Under the pieces are notes generated by a model. The model had not been told where the DNA came from. It did no database searches and worked only from the letters and a program-made list of their open reading frames with translations. From an uncultured delta proteobacterium (GTDB taxonomy: Bacteria > Myxococcota_A > Polyangia > Polyangiales > Polyangiaceae): 44,967 bases of DNA. A program made the position numbers and the translations under genes. The stretch is from contig CAVSWE010000003.1 in NCBI GenBank assembly GCA_963731595.1, positions 300,948 to 345,914 of the forward strand, written 5' to 3'. Positions 18,513 to 27,668 of this stretch are shown here, piece after piece. The number at the start of each line of letters is the position of its first letter. Position 1 is the stretch's first letter.

Positions 18513-18526
18513 TTGAGCTAGATCAA
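18513..18526. promoter_or_regulatory. FNR/Anr-type box TTGAG-CTAG-ATCAA upstream of hemN
   Basis: Matches TTGAT-N4-ATCAA at 9 of 10 positions. It is centred about 41 nt upstream of the candidate hemN ATG at 18478. hemN is classically FNR/Anr-activated. Confidence 0.5.
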
Positions 18527-18706
18527 GCCGGCTGCAGACTCGTTCAGAATCGTGGACACGTGCGCACGTTGCCTCGGCCCATCGCCTATTCGACATCCAT
18601 GTCAGACTGACCGGCCGGGGGGGGCGATTTCTGGGTAGTCCGCACGCCACCACGTCGAGCGACGTAAAGCCACACGGTCGAGGCAAAGTGTGCAGAGAGC
18701 TAAGCA

Positions 18707-19230
18707 TCAAAGTCCAGAGCGTCGGCAACCGAGGAGATTGGCACGCATCCAGACTGCGTGTTCACGTTCAGGCGGCATTTGCGGTCGCTCATCAACGACG
18801 TTGTAGGCGACTTCATAGTGCGCCACGCTGCGGTCATGGCTAAGCATCATGGCTTCGACAGGGGGCGGGACGACAGCGACTCCAACGTCGGCGCCAGCAA
18901 ACGCTTTGATAGCCCCCAAAGACTCCCACAGCGTTAGAGCGCGGATGCTTCCGTCGCCTTCACCGCCTGGATCCCCGACCGGATGCCCTCGGACAGCATC
19001 GCGGCAAACGGCGTCTCTCCAAACGGGGGCCCTCAGCGTCCAGGAAACGCGTGCCACAGATCCTCGCCAAAGTAGGCGAGAGAACTGTATTGGCTGGGCT
19101 GCAACGCGTCCGGCGGCAGCGAATTGGTCGCGGAGAGGCGGTACCATGCCAGCGTGGTTGCCAAACAGACTGCCACGGCGACCGCCATGGCGATTCGAGT
19201 GGCCGATTTGCGCGGGATCCGATTCGTCAT
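18707..19230 (-). pseudogene. ABM (antibiotic-biosynthesis-monooxygenase-like) domain protein, disrupted. Only the C-terminal half is confidently readable.
   Basis: GSIRALTLWESLGAIKAFAGADVGVAVVPPPVEAMMLSHDRSVAHYEV matches the conserved C-terminal half of small ABM-fold proteins. The upstream part lies in other frames and crosses a TGA at 19033-19035, so the N-terminus is unresolved. Confidence 0.4.
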
Positions 19231-19948
19231 CGCCGAATCCTCCTATCACCGTTGCGACACTGGTTGCATGTCGAAAACATACCGAGACGATCCGAGAATA
19301 TTATGGTCAGGACTACCGCGAAGCGTCTTGATCAAGGTCAACTAGGCGCGTCTTCGCCTAGCGGCGTTGACTGGCCTCGGCGTCCGGCTCGCTGTTGACT
19401 TTGGCACACCCCTTGCGGGTCGCTGACTTGGTAGGTGGCGGTTTACTACCGTGTGAGTTACCCCCGCTGACGCTGCTCGTTACATAGCGACGCCGGTGAC
19501 GCTCGCCGACCGCAATCGCCGGAATGCAAGGAGAGTGCAATCGGCATCACCGAAATCGACCACACGATCTACCTGTGCACGACCCGGTCGTGAAGATTGC
19601 GACGTTTTACCGCGATCGTTCAAGACGTCACAGACGTCGGCATCCGTTGGAGCGCCCTCGGCGGTCACCGTTGGTGCTTGTTACGTCGTCACAGCAACGG
19701 TGTGCCGGACTCCGCGAGTTGCCGGAACATCAACGCGATGTCGTCGTTTTTGCGCCAGCGACGGGATTGCGGCGCTGAAAGCCTATAAACTGCCCTGGTT
19801 CCAGTACGCGACGCGGAAGTCGTTATCGGTCGCAAACAGCGGGCGCACGCGGGACGAAATGCGGCCGGGAGGTGAAAATCCCGGCCGCGACACACGATGT
19901 CCCACGCTATCCGTTATGACGCTCGGCGAGGGGAGATTTGCATCGATC

Positions 19949-20554
19949 TTAAGACTTGCCGTATTGCGCCTTTGCGTTACTAACGCATGTATCCTTCGCG
20001 GAGCCCGCGAGTGCGTCGCACTTCTCGATCGCGACCTTGAAATCTGCGTCACGCTTGTCCGCGTTCGCCTCGTTGCGGGCGTTGGCCTGCTTCGTCGCCG
20101 CGTCCTGGTGCGTGTCGGCTGTGACACGGTCGACCTTGGCGTCGGCCTTACCCTTGACGAGAGCGGCATCCGCTTCCTTTACGCACACGTCCTTAGAATT
20201 GCCCGAAAGTTCGTCACATTTCTCCTTAGCAACGCTGTGGGTCGCTTCGGCCCGGGTAGCACGCGCATCCTCGCGCGCCGCCGGGGTGTTCTTGTACGCG
20301 GCTTCGGCGTCGGCCTTAGCAACCTTCTCCTTACCGTTGGCTTCCGCGAGGCAAATGTCCTTGGCGTTACCGCTTCGCGAAGAGCAGGCATCCTTGTCCA
20401 TCTTGCCTTGCGTCTCGGCGTTCTTAACCGCCATGTTGTAAGCATCCTTGGATATCGGCGTCGAATCGATCTTCGGGCCATTCATCTGCGCCGCGGCAGG
20501 TCCCGCTAAACCGAGGCTGCCAGCGACAAATAGTGCAATCATCGTCTTGGACAT
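19949..20554 (-). CDS. Secreted Ala/Lys/Asp-rich protein with three C-x4-G-x2-KD-x-C repeats
   Basis: An intact 201-aa ORF with AAGGAA upstream and a signal peptide (MSKTMIALFVAGSLGLAGPAAA). The repeats are CSSRSGNAKDIC, CDELSGNSKDVC and CDALAGSAKDTC. Confidence 0.7.
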   Translation of the reverse strand: MSKTMIALFVAGSLGLAGPAAAQMNGPKIDSTPISKDAYNMAVKNAETQGKMDKDACSSRSGNAKDICLAEANGKEKVAKADAEAAYKNTPAAREDARATRAEATHSVAKEKCDELSGNSKDVCVKEADAALVKGKADAKVDRVTADTHQDAATKQANARNEANADKRDADFKVAIEKCDALAGSAKDTCVSNAKAQYGKS

Positions 20555-20793
20555 GTTAGTTCCTTATGGTTCGATTATGGTGCCAGCAGCCTTGTCAAAG
20601 GCTAAAACGCCAAGGTTCCAATTCGTGCGGCTCGACGACCCTCAGTGTCAAACGAATCGACATAGGGACCCCTTAGCGAGAAGGATGCCTTTCCCCTCTG
20701 ATCTGAACGATAGGCGCGATACCCAATTGCGTCTGTGCGCCAGCGTACCCATTCCGTGCGGGATCCGCCGAGAGAGCAGGGTAAGTCCGTCGC

Positions 20794-21630
20794 TTAGCGC
20801 ACCGGGCCTTGCAGCTTGACCTCGTCGGTCCATACCTTGAAGCTGGTCAGTATATTGGGTCCGAACGTACTACTGATCGCGACGTCGCATGCGTCACGGC
20901 CGCGTGCAATGAGCACCCTTCCAATGCGCGGCATGTTGTTGCGGGGGTCGAAGGTGTACCAACGGCCATCGAGAAAGGCTTCGAACCAGGCAGCGAAATC
21001 CATCGGGCCGTACGGGGGCGGCACGCCAATGTCGCCGAGCTAGCCGGTGCAGTAGCGTGCAGGAATGTTCATGCATCGGCAAAAGGCGACTGCGAGGTGT
21101 GCATAGTCTCGACAGACCCCGGTTTTGTCGTAAAAAGCCTCGAATGCCGTGCGCGTCATGCGCGCATGCTCATAGCCAAATACGATATGTCGATGGACAT
21201 AATCGCAGATCGCTTGAACGCGACTCCATCCCGTTCGAATGTGCCCAAACAGATTCCACGCCGTCTCCGACAATCGGTCAGTTTCGCAATGCCGGCTTCC
21301 CAATAGGAACAGCAGCGTTTCCTCAGGGAGGTCTGCCACGGCTAGCTGTTGGGCCTGGGGAGCGATCACGTCCAGCGCCCCCGTATCGTTCACGATAGCA
21401 TTGGCCGACAGACACGTCCGACCCGTCGGCGCGACGATGCGGGTACACCAGTTGCCAAAGCTGTCCCGATAGGCTGCCATCGGTACCGGTGGGTTGACCA
21501 CCAAATCATCGCGGCCGATGAGATCGGAAACACGCGTGAAGTGGACGTTCAGGTTGAATACCATCGGAGTCGGCTTCGGGCACTCGTAGATCATTTCGAA
21601 CCCAACGCGTATTTGCAAAGTTGACCTCAA
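20794..21630 (-). pseudogene. Transglutaminase-like cysteine protease family protein interrupted by an in-frame TAG
   Basis: The two ORFs 21040-21630 and 20794-21024 are in the same frame. The read-through sequence is ...GVCRDYAHLAVAFCRCMNIPARYCTG-TAG-LGDIGVPPPYGPMDFAAWFEAFLDGRWYTFDPRNN. This is a transglutaminase core (catalytic Cys in GVCRDYAH, downstream His/Asp region) plus the N-terminal bacterial transglutaminase-N domain. Confidence 0.75.
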
Positions 21631-22056
21631 GCATGCGCAAATGAAAACGAGAAGCTTCTATTCCGAATCCACGGGTGGGCACTTGGGCGAACAATACTGG
21701 CGCCCTGCAGAACGTCTCGCGCTACCTACGCCGCTATGCGTAACGCGCGATGCAAAATTGCATTCCGGGACGGGCACTTGGGGAAGCGCCCCGTCACAGC
21801 CGACTCGCCGTCAACGCAACAAAAACCCGTGCGTGGAGCTTTATCCTCGAGGTGTCAATGGCCGCCGCCGTGGCCGGTAGAACGCCTTTCTAAGCATGGC
21901 TCATGCAATTTTTCTGCACGCGCACCAGTCGGCACGCATTCCCTGACTTACAACCTATATCGTCCAATGTAGTGACGCGTAGTGACGCCCGCGAGCGCCC
22001 ACTCCACTTCACCAGTTGAATTGCCGGCGCGCCCGGGCTCAAAGAAATGAGCGTAC

Positions 22057-22215
22057 TCACATCTTCTGTTGGGCGTCCTTTGCCGTGTCGTGAATCGCCT
22101 GGCCGCCACGCTCGACGTCGGTGCCCGCGCCGGCGATGGTGTTGCAACCTGAGATCGTGCTAATCGCGCCGAGCAAGCCGAGCAACATCAGTACTGCGAG
22201 CATCCTTCTTGTCAT
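22057..22215 (-). CDS. Entericidin A/B family lipoprotein
   Basis: Reads MTRRMLAVLMLLGLLGAISTISGCNTIAGAGTDVERGGQAI... The lipobox is ISGC and the CNT..G.G.D...G pattern is typical of entericidins. Confidence 0.75.
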   Translation of the reverse strand: MTRRMLAVLMLLGLLGAISTISGCNTIAGAGTDVERGGQAIHDTAKDAQQKM

Positions 22216-22281
22216 GATTGATTTCCTCGTGTTATGCGTCCCACGTTCGTCAGACAACTGTCCAAGGCGTTGGATCCGTTT

Positions 22282-22440
22282 TCAGATCTTCCCAAGTAAT
22301 AACAATACAATCAGAACGACGACGATCAGCCCTAACCCTCCGCTGGGTCCGTACCCCCAGCTCCTACTATGCCCCCAAGTTGGTAACACGCCTACCAGCG
22401 CTAAGATAAGAACGATAAGAAGGATTGTGCCGATACTCAT
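22282..22440 (-). CDS. DUF3309 family small membrane protein (below the ORF-track size cutoff)
   Basis: The manual translation is MSIGTILLIVLILALVGVLPTWGHSRSWGYGPSGGLGLIVVVLIVLLLLGKI (52 aa). This is the characteristic DUF3309 pattern: two hydrophobic helices around PxWxxSRxWGYxPSGG. Confidence 0.8.
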   Translation of the reverse strand: MSIGTILLIVLILALVGVLPTWGHSRSWGYGPSGGLGLIVVVLIVLLLLGKI

Positions 22441-22488
22441 TGTTCTGCCCCGGAAAGAGTTGTCTATCGATGCCGGCCCCGATGCGGC

Positions 22489-22731
22489 CTAACGCGCTCG
22501 CATTGTGGTGACGTAGCGCACTACTAGCGATACCTGTCGACGCTTGATCTCCTCCGCCGCATGGTCGCCGACAGCAACGGGTTTCTTGGGTTCACTTCGG
22601 CTTGCCTCGGGGCCCAAGTACGGCGCGCCGTTCATAATGGTCTCGTCCCCGGCGCCGACCGGCTTTGCGTCGCCAGATACCCGGAATCTGCTAGTCCAGC
22701 CCATTGCTGTTTGCCTCACCATAGTCAACAT
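22489..22731 (-). CDS. Hypothetical protein
   Basis: An 80-codon open frame between recognised stress genes on the same strand. No family recognised. Confidence 0.2.
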   Translation of the reverse strand: MLTMVRQTAMGWTSRFRVSGDAKPVGAGDETIMNGAPYLGPEASRSEPKKPVAVGDHAAEEIKRRQVSLVVRYVTTMRAR

Positions 22732-22778
22732 TGGCCCTCCGCCGATGGCCGGGTCGATTTTTCTGCACTCTGCGTCGG

Positions 22779-22967
22779 TCAGCGGCCTTTCCTGTCTGCC
22801 TTTTCAAGTGCCTGCTCGACATTTCCCACTCCCTTTTGTACGTTGCCTTCCACCTGCTTCGCAACGCCTTTGAGCTGCTGGGTCTTATTGCCCGTCAGTT
22901 GTCCAACCTTCTGCTGAACCTTACCGGCAACATCCTTTACAGTGCCTTTCACTTGATCGCGGTTCAT
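22779..22967 (-). CDS. CsbD family general stress protein
   Basis: Reads MNRDQVKGTVKDVAGKVQQKVGQLTGNKTQQLKGVAKQVEGNVQKGVG, the canonical CsbD repeat pattern. Confidence 0.85.
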   Translation of the reverse strand: MNRDQVKGTVKDVAGKVQQKVGQLTGNKTQQLKGVAKQVEGNVQKGVGNVEQALEKADRKGR

Positions 22968-23037
22968 GGTGTGCTCCTTAAGTGCGGCTCAGGATCCTGG
23001 TCCAGGCCCCGTTGCCGCTGTTCGCGAAATTGTTGAC

Positions 23038-23400
23038 TTACAGCCGCGCTAAGCGACCGATCAAATAGCCGACGACGAGCGCGCCAGCAACCATGGCGAT
23101 CGGACGCGCTCGTATCGAAGTGCTTGCCGATTCTGTGAGTTGTGCGTGAACTTGCTTGGCTTGCCCGGCTATCGTCGACGCCCATTCGGCCGCAGACATT
23201 GTGGCATCGGCGGCGTTGTCGACTGCACGATGGACCGCCTCAGAGGAACGATCCACTTGCGTAGCAGCCCTATACGCGATTTTGTCCGTTGCCATGTGCG
23301 CCGCCTGCGCTGCGTCATCTATTTCCGAGTTAACTGGATTGGCAAGGTTACTGTTCGCGGTACCTTTACCACTACCGCCCATTGTCGTGGTTCGTTCCAT
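23038..23400 (-). CDS. DUF883/ElaB/YqjD-type C-tail-anchored stress protein
   Basis: Starts at MERTTTMGG. It has an Ala-rich helical body and a C-terminal anchor, RARPIAMVAGALVVGYLIGRLARL, typical of the family. Confidence 0.7.
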   Translation of the reverse strand: MERTTTMGGSGKGTANSNLANPVNSEIDDAAQAAHMATDKIAYRAATQVDRSSEAVHRAVDNAADATMSAAEWASTIAGQAKQVHAQLTESASTSIRARPIAMVAGALVVGYLIGRLARL

Positions 23401-23866
23401 GGAGGAGCCCCTTCGAGGAAATTGCGTTGCCGATACGGTTAATACTCCAATGCCAGTTGCGGAAATATCAACCCTTTGAAGCCATTCAGTTAGCGGACCC
23501 AGTCTGATTCTGTCGTAGGACAAATGCGTACCTCTAGTAGATACAGATAGATACGCACGCGCTGGAATGGCTACGACTGAGACAGAGTACGCCGGAGCTG
23601 GCGCCGCGTCTGCGCGCTAGCGCACATAGGGACTCAGTGCGATGCTTACCGTGCGACATACAGCCGTCCCGCGCGCGGCTCGTGCCATAGAGCCGCCTTC
23701 GATAAGCATTGCGGGCGCCAGCTGTCCGGGCGGCATGGTACGTGGCAAGCCTTACCGCCCTGGCGCCGATGGTGGCGACGTCAAGCTTGCGCGACCCTCA
23801 TATGCTGCACATTTCAAACAGTCCCATCGTTTCTTGATCATGACCGTTACTTCATATTGCGAGGGA

Positions 23867-24490
23867 CTACGCGAGGTTGTCGCCGGCAAAGCCCCAGTTG
23901 ATCAGTTTGTCGAGCACGGCATTCACGTAGTCCGCGCGACGGTTCTGATAATCCAGGTAGTAGGCGTGTTCCCATACGTCGATAGCCAACAGCCGCTTCA
24001 CGCCCTTGGTCAGGGGCGTCTCTGCATTGCCAGTCTTGACCACTTTCAGCTTGCCTGCTTCCTGCACGAGCCATGCCCAGCCGCTGCCGAATTCGCTCGT
24101 CGCCGCCATCGCCAGGTCCCTCTTGCACGCATCTAGATTGCCGAATGAAGCCTCGATCTTTTGCTTCAGTGCCGCCGGAGGCTCACCGCCGCCCTTCGGT
24201 CGCAAGCTACGCCAATAGAAGGTGTGGTTCCACGTCTGCGCTGCATTGTTGAAGATCGCAACCTTGTCGGCTTTGCCGGTTGTCTCGGCGATGAGTTTCT
24301 CCAACGAGAGGCTGGCGAGTTCGGTCCCTGCTAGAAGCTTGTTTAGGGTATCGACGTACCCTTTGTGGTGCTTGCCATAGTGGAGCCCTATCGTCCTACC
24401 GGAAATTACGGGATCCATCGCGTTTTCCGCGTAAGGCAGGGGCGGTAGAACATGCAAAGTTGTTTTTTCGATCACGTCAATGTCGCTCAT
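23867..24490 (-). CDS. sodB: Fe/Mn superoxide dismutase (Fe-type features)
   Basis: [28 protein letters not shown] at the N-terminus, [14 protein letters not shown] in the middle, and [15 protein letters not shown] at the C-terminus. AGGAAAG precedes the ATG at 24490. The ORF is intact. Confidence 0.93.
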   Translation of the reverse strand: MSDIDVIEKTTLHVLPPLPYAENAMDPVISGRTIGLHYGKHHKGYVDTLNKLLAGTELASLSLEKLIAETTGKADKVAIFNNAAQTWNHTFYWRSLRPKGGGEPPAALKQKIEASFGNLDACKRDLAMAATSEFGSGWAWLVQEAGKLKVVKTGNAETPLTKGVKRLLAIDVWEHAYYLDYQNRRADYVNAVLDKLINWGFAGDNLA

Positions 24491-24856
24491 TTGATCTTCC
24501 TTTCCAATAATGTTCATCCGATGTTCGCAGACTATGAATCGACGCACGGGAACCAGCTGTGCACTTTCAAATTACTCAAGTAGGACCGCCCGCGACCATT
24601 ACTCCCAAGTACCACATTCGCTTTGCGGTCGATCTTGGCACGGTCTGCTGCACGCAGGTCCCCACCGCGAAACTGCAGTGCGGCGTGAGCGGCGGCGGAA
24701 ATGCGCTCCGAGGCGTAACCCGCTGCAGGCGAGTTCCCGGGGGCGGACACGTCGTCGCGCCAGGCGAGATGCCCGCCCCTCCTGATTCCCAACTTCATCA
24801 TTAAATAAAGGTTCGCATCCGTTTGCGAAAGTGACAATAAAACCGTAGTGCGCGTC

Positions 24857-25141
24857 TCAAAGAGACAGCAGTCGCTCAAAGAACGAGCGATAACGACGCA
24901 GGGCAACGCGTAGATTCTCCGTAGACGTTTTGTCCGTTTGGTCGATCTCACTCTCAAGCTTTGTGCGTTCGTTGGAAAATGTTTCCGCTAAGCCTTTCAT
25001 GACTTGAGCAACGAGCTCATCCGCTTGCCGGACAGCTTGGCTCGGGTCATCGACAAAACCTCTTTGAACCGCGTCCCAGCGCGAACGAAACTCCTTCGCT
25101 GCATCTGGCGAGAAGAGCGCGGCCAAGCTGCTTCTCCGCAC
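24857..25141 (-). CDS. Conserved hypothetical protein (F-x2-RW-x3-Q-x2-FVDDP ... LR-x-AL-RRYR-x-FF-x-RLL family). It may be the 3' part of a 141-codon frame split by TGA.
   Basis: Reads ALFSPDAAKEFRSRWDAVQRGFVDDPSQAVRQADELVAQVMKGLAETFSNERTKLE...TENLRVALRRYRSFFERLLSL. The upstream in-frame 45 codons start at ATG 25282 with a GGAGA Shine-Dalgarno and end at TGA 25145-25147. Confidence 0.55.
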   Translation of the reverse strand: MRRSSLAALFSPDAAKEFRSRWDAVQRGFVDDPSQAVRQADELVAQVMKGLAETFSNERTKLESEIDQTDKTSTENLRVALRRYRSFFERLLSL

Positions 25142-25463
25142 TCCTCACATCGGAGTTTTGAGTTTGATTTCGCGTACCATCTCGTGGGACAGTGGGCAAG
25201 CAAGCGCGATCTCTTCTGCCGTTGCTAAGCATGGTGTCGTAAGACTTCTCTCGTCCGGCTCTCTGTCTAAGGTTGTATTCATGATTGCGTCTCCATTTAC
25301 TTTACTGATATGGGCCTTTTACGGTATTAGCCGTCGTTTGTAGCCGTCCGACGTCGCCGTCACATAACGGGGTATCGCACAGCCCGAGCAAGCGGCGAAT
25401 TAAGTCCGAGCTGCATGTGAGATGCGCTGAATCCCGACACGCTTCACGCGCCAGGACAAGCGT

Positions 25464-26699
25464 TTAATGCCGATTCTGGTAGTTCAAGGATTGATGAAAC
25501 GAATCGCGCTGCCAGTCTGGCATTTCGCCGTAAGGATACTCGTTCGAAATCCGGCGACCCGACGCGATGCCGTTGTATAGACCTGGAAGCGATGCATAGT
25601 CGCCTGGGCCGAACGTTCGGCATTCGCCGCGGAAATTCGCATCGCTGCAGAAGATCCAGTAGCCGCGATCGACCCGCAGCGACGACGCTCGTTCGGTGAA
25701 TTTGTCATACAGGTCATCCTGGCCCTCGCTACTGAGACGGAATTCACGGCCGGTGAGGTTGGGTCCCGAAAACAGCGTGGCGCTGGCGCGACCGCGTATT
25801 CCGTCGCGTGGCATTTCGCCGCGCTGATCGTAGGACGGGCGAACCGAACTGATACGACCGCTGAGACCGCCGAGTTCCGCATATCGACCCGGAACGAAAA
25901 TTCGACAACCGCCGCGGAAATCGGCGTCCACGCAAAGCTCCCAAGCGCCGCCCTCGACGATCGCTGATTGATATCGCTCAACCGCGTGCGATGAAGCAAA
26001 ATTGGGATCCGGTTGGTCTATCATAAATTTGCTTCCGCCAAAATTCTCGGACTCAAAGAATATGATGCCTCCTTTTGCTCGCGGCGTAATAGCCGGCGGT
26101 GGCAGTGTCGCCATCGGTACCGAAAGCGGACGCGCAGAGCTGATGCGACGCGACCAAGCGTCGAGGATCGGGTAACGGCCCGGGCCTAGGGTCGTGCAAT
26201 CGCCACCGAAGTTAGAGGCGGCGCAGACTTCCCATGCTCCTCCTTCCACCACTGCCGATTGGGGCCGGCCATTAAAGCCGCTCGGACCGAAATTTGACAG
26301 CGTCCGGTCGGTCGAAATTTGATGGCCGCCGAAGTTTTCGTTTTCATAGAATGTGATGCTACCGGTAGGCTGTAACCCTATTACGGGTGTTGTACCAACC
26401 GGCCGTGCGGAGCTGACCCGCCCCGACAGTCCACCGAGGCTTGGATAACGACCGGGCGCGAGGACCGTGCAGCCACCACCGAAATTCTGGTCGAGACACA
26501 GCTCCCATGAGTTGCCGTCGACGATAGCCGATTGCGCACCGTTGTTGAAACCGACGACGCTGAAATTCGGCAGCGATTGGTCAACGGTAATTTGGTGCCC
26601 GGCGAAGTTCTCAGTTTCAAAGAACGTAACGTTGCCCATCGCCGTACCGGAGGCAAATGCCGCGATGCCAAAGATGAAATGCTGCAATAGTCGGTTCAT
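25464..26699 (-). CDS. Secreted protein with four tandem beta/gamma-crystallin (Greek-key) domains
   Basis: A signal peptide (MNRLLQHFIFGIAAFASGTAMG) is followed by four repeats of about 95-100 aa: VTFFETENFAGHQI.., ITFYENENFGGHQI.., IIFFESENFGGSKF.., ATLFSGPNLTGREF... Each contains SA.V.GG.WE.C....F.G.C....PGRY..L and ISS.RP. The ORF is intact. Confidence 0.8.
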   Translation of the reverse strand: MNRLLQHFIFGIAAFASGTAMGNVTFFETENFAGHQITVDQSLPNFSVVGFNNGAQSAIVDGNSWELCLDQNFGGGCTVLAPGRYPSLGGLSGRVSSARPVGTTPVIGLQPTGSITFYENENFGGHQISTDRTLSNFGPSGFNGRPQSAVVEGGAWEVCAASNFGGDCTTLGPGRYPILDAWSRRISSARPLSVPMATLPPPAITPRAKGGIIFFESENFGGSKFMIDQPDPNFASSHAVERYQSAIVEGGAWELCVDADFRGGCRIFVPGRYAELGGLSGRISSVRPSYDQRGEMPRDGIRGRASATLFSGPNLTGREFRLSSEGQDDLYDKFTERASSLRVDRGYWIFCSDANFRGECRTFGPGDYASLPGLYNGIASGRRISNEYPYGEMPDWQRDSFHQSLNYQNRH

Positions 26700-27668
26700 T
26701 GCTGTTGACCCCTCGTTGGTGTCCACGAACTTTAGCGTTCCGATCGAGCATAGCTGCTTGATAGTTCTAAAGTCTGGCGGAAGCACTGGAGGACGTCTGT
26801 GCGGGATCGCACACAGAGAAGTTCTTCTCCACCTACTAGCACTCGCTATAAAGGGAAAGCCGCTCAAGATCAGTGGCGACGCGGATAGCTACAACCATCA
26901 AGATGGGAACGAGGATTAACGCCAAGCAGGCACCTTGTATCGGTTCATTGATGGGTCCCAAAAATCGCGACTTGTCGGCAACCTTGCTGGCGCGCTAAAG
27001 GTCGTGCCGCGCTTTATTCAGGCGCGACAGATTGGTCAGTTCTGTAAAGAGGGCCCGACTATGGCGGCCACGTAGCTGTGGGTCTAGGCATCAAGATCGA
27101 TGACACTATCGGCCAAACGGCATAATGTCCTGTCTGGACCCATGATTTCATTAGTTATGGTCGACAGCGCCATCGAACGACCACTGTCGGCGACTTCGCG
27201 GTATGGCCGCTTTTAGCCGGGCGTTGACCGGCAAGAACGTATCTCGGTTCTTGACCGCCTCCCGTCGCGTTGCGGACTGGGTCCTCGGTGGCTCAGACCG
27301 CTTGCCTGGGCCCCGATAGGTATCGGGCTGTGTCACAATCGACCAACAAGGCCACCAGCACGACGACTACCACGGTTCCTAAGCCGCTCGGATACCACCC
27401 ATAGCTGTGATGCCATGGACCAATCCGACATTGCGCCGACAGACCGCGCGCTCCGCCATACGGCGGGAAACGTACCCAATGCTTGGAAGATTTCCCATCG
27501 GCTGTCAGTGCAGCAGCGGACACTTGCGCTGGATCGGCGAGCGCAGTGGATATGCTGGCCCATCATGACTTCGAACTCGATATTGGCGGCGCACAGCTTC
27601 GCTCAGTGCGAGGGAAGTGCGAGCAAGTACCGCGCGCAGCGGATTACGGTAAGAAAGCGGTCGGTGAG

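Noticed and set aside
19496-20509. A 337-aa plus-strand ORF.
   Set aside because: It is antisense to the well-supported secreted Cys-module gene (19949-20554), which has a signal peptide and a Shine-Dalgarno. Its translation is Arg/Leu/Val-rich and featureless.
21750-21763. The perfect inverted repeat ATGCAA-AA-TTGCAT about 120 nt upstream of the transglutaminase-like gene.
   Set aside because: It is a plausible operator, but it is a single occurrence with no cognate regulator identified and no second copy seen. It is too weak to call as a feature.
21040-25147. Selenocysteine, pyrrolysine or a reassigned stop codon as the explanation for the in-frame TAG (21040) and TGA (25145).
   Set aside because: TGA and TAG serve as ordinary terminators for many well-defined genes in this window (frdC, dctP, the UbiA-like gene, the IS transposase and others). 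The TAG replaces an expected aromatic residue rather than a Lys-type position, and no SECIS-like hairpin follows the TGA on inspection.
27330-27480. A possible second, decayed DUF3309 copy. The minus strand reads PWHHSYGWYPSGLGTVVVVVLVALLV, with LVGRL-stop in a neighbouring frame.
   Set aside because: Only the C-terminal half resembles the family. The expected hydrophobic N-terminal helix cannot be recovered in any frame, and no start or Shine-Dalgarno is present. At most it is a remnant.
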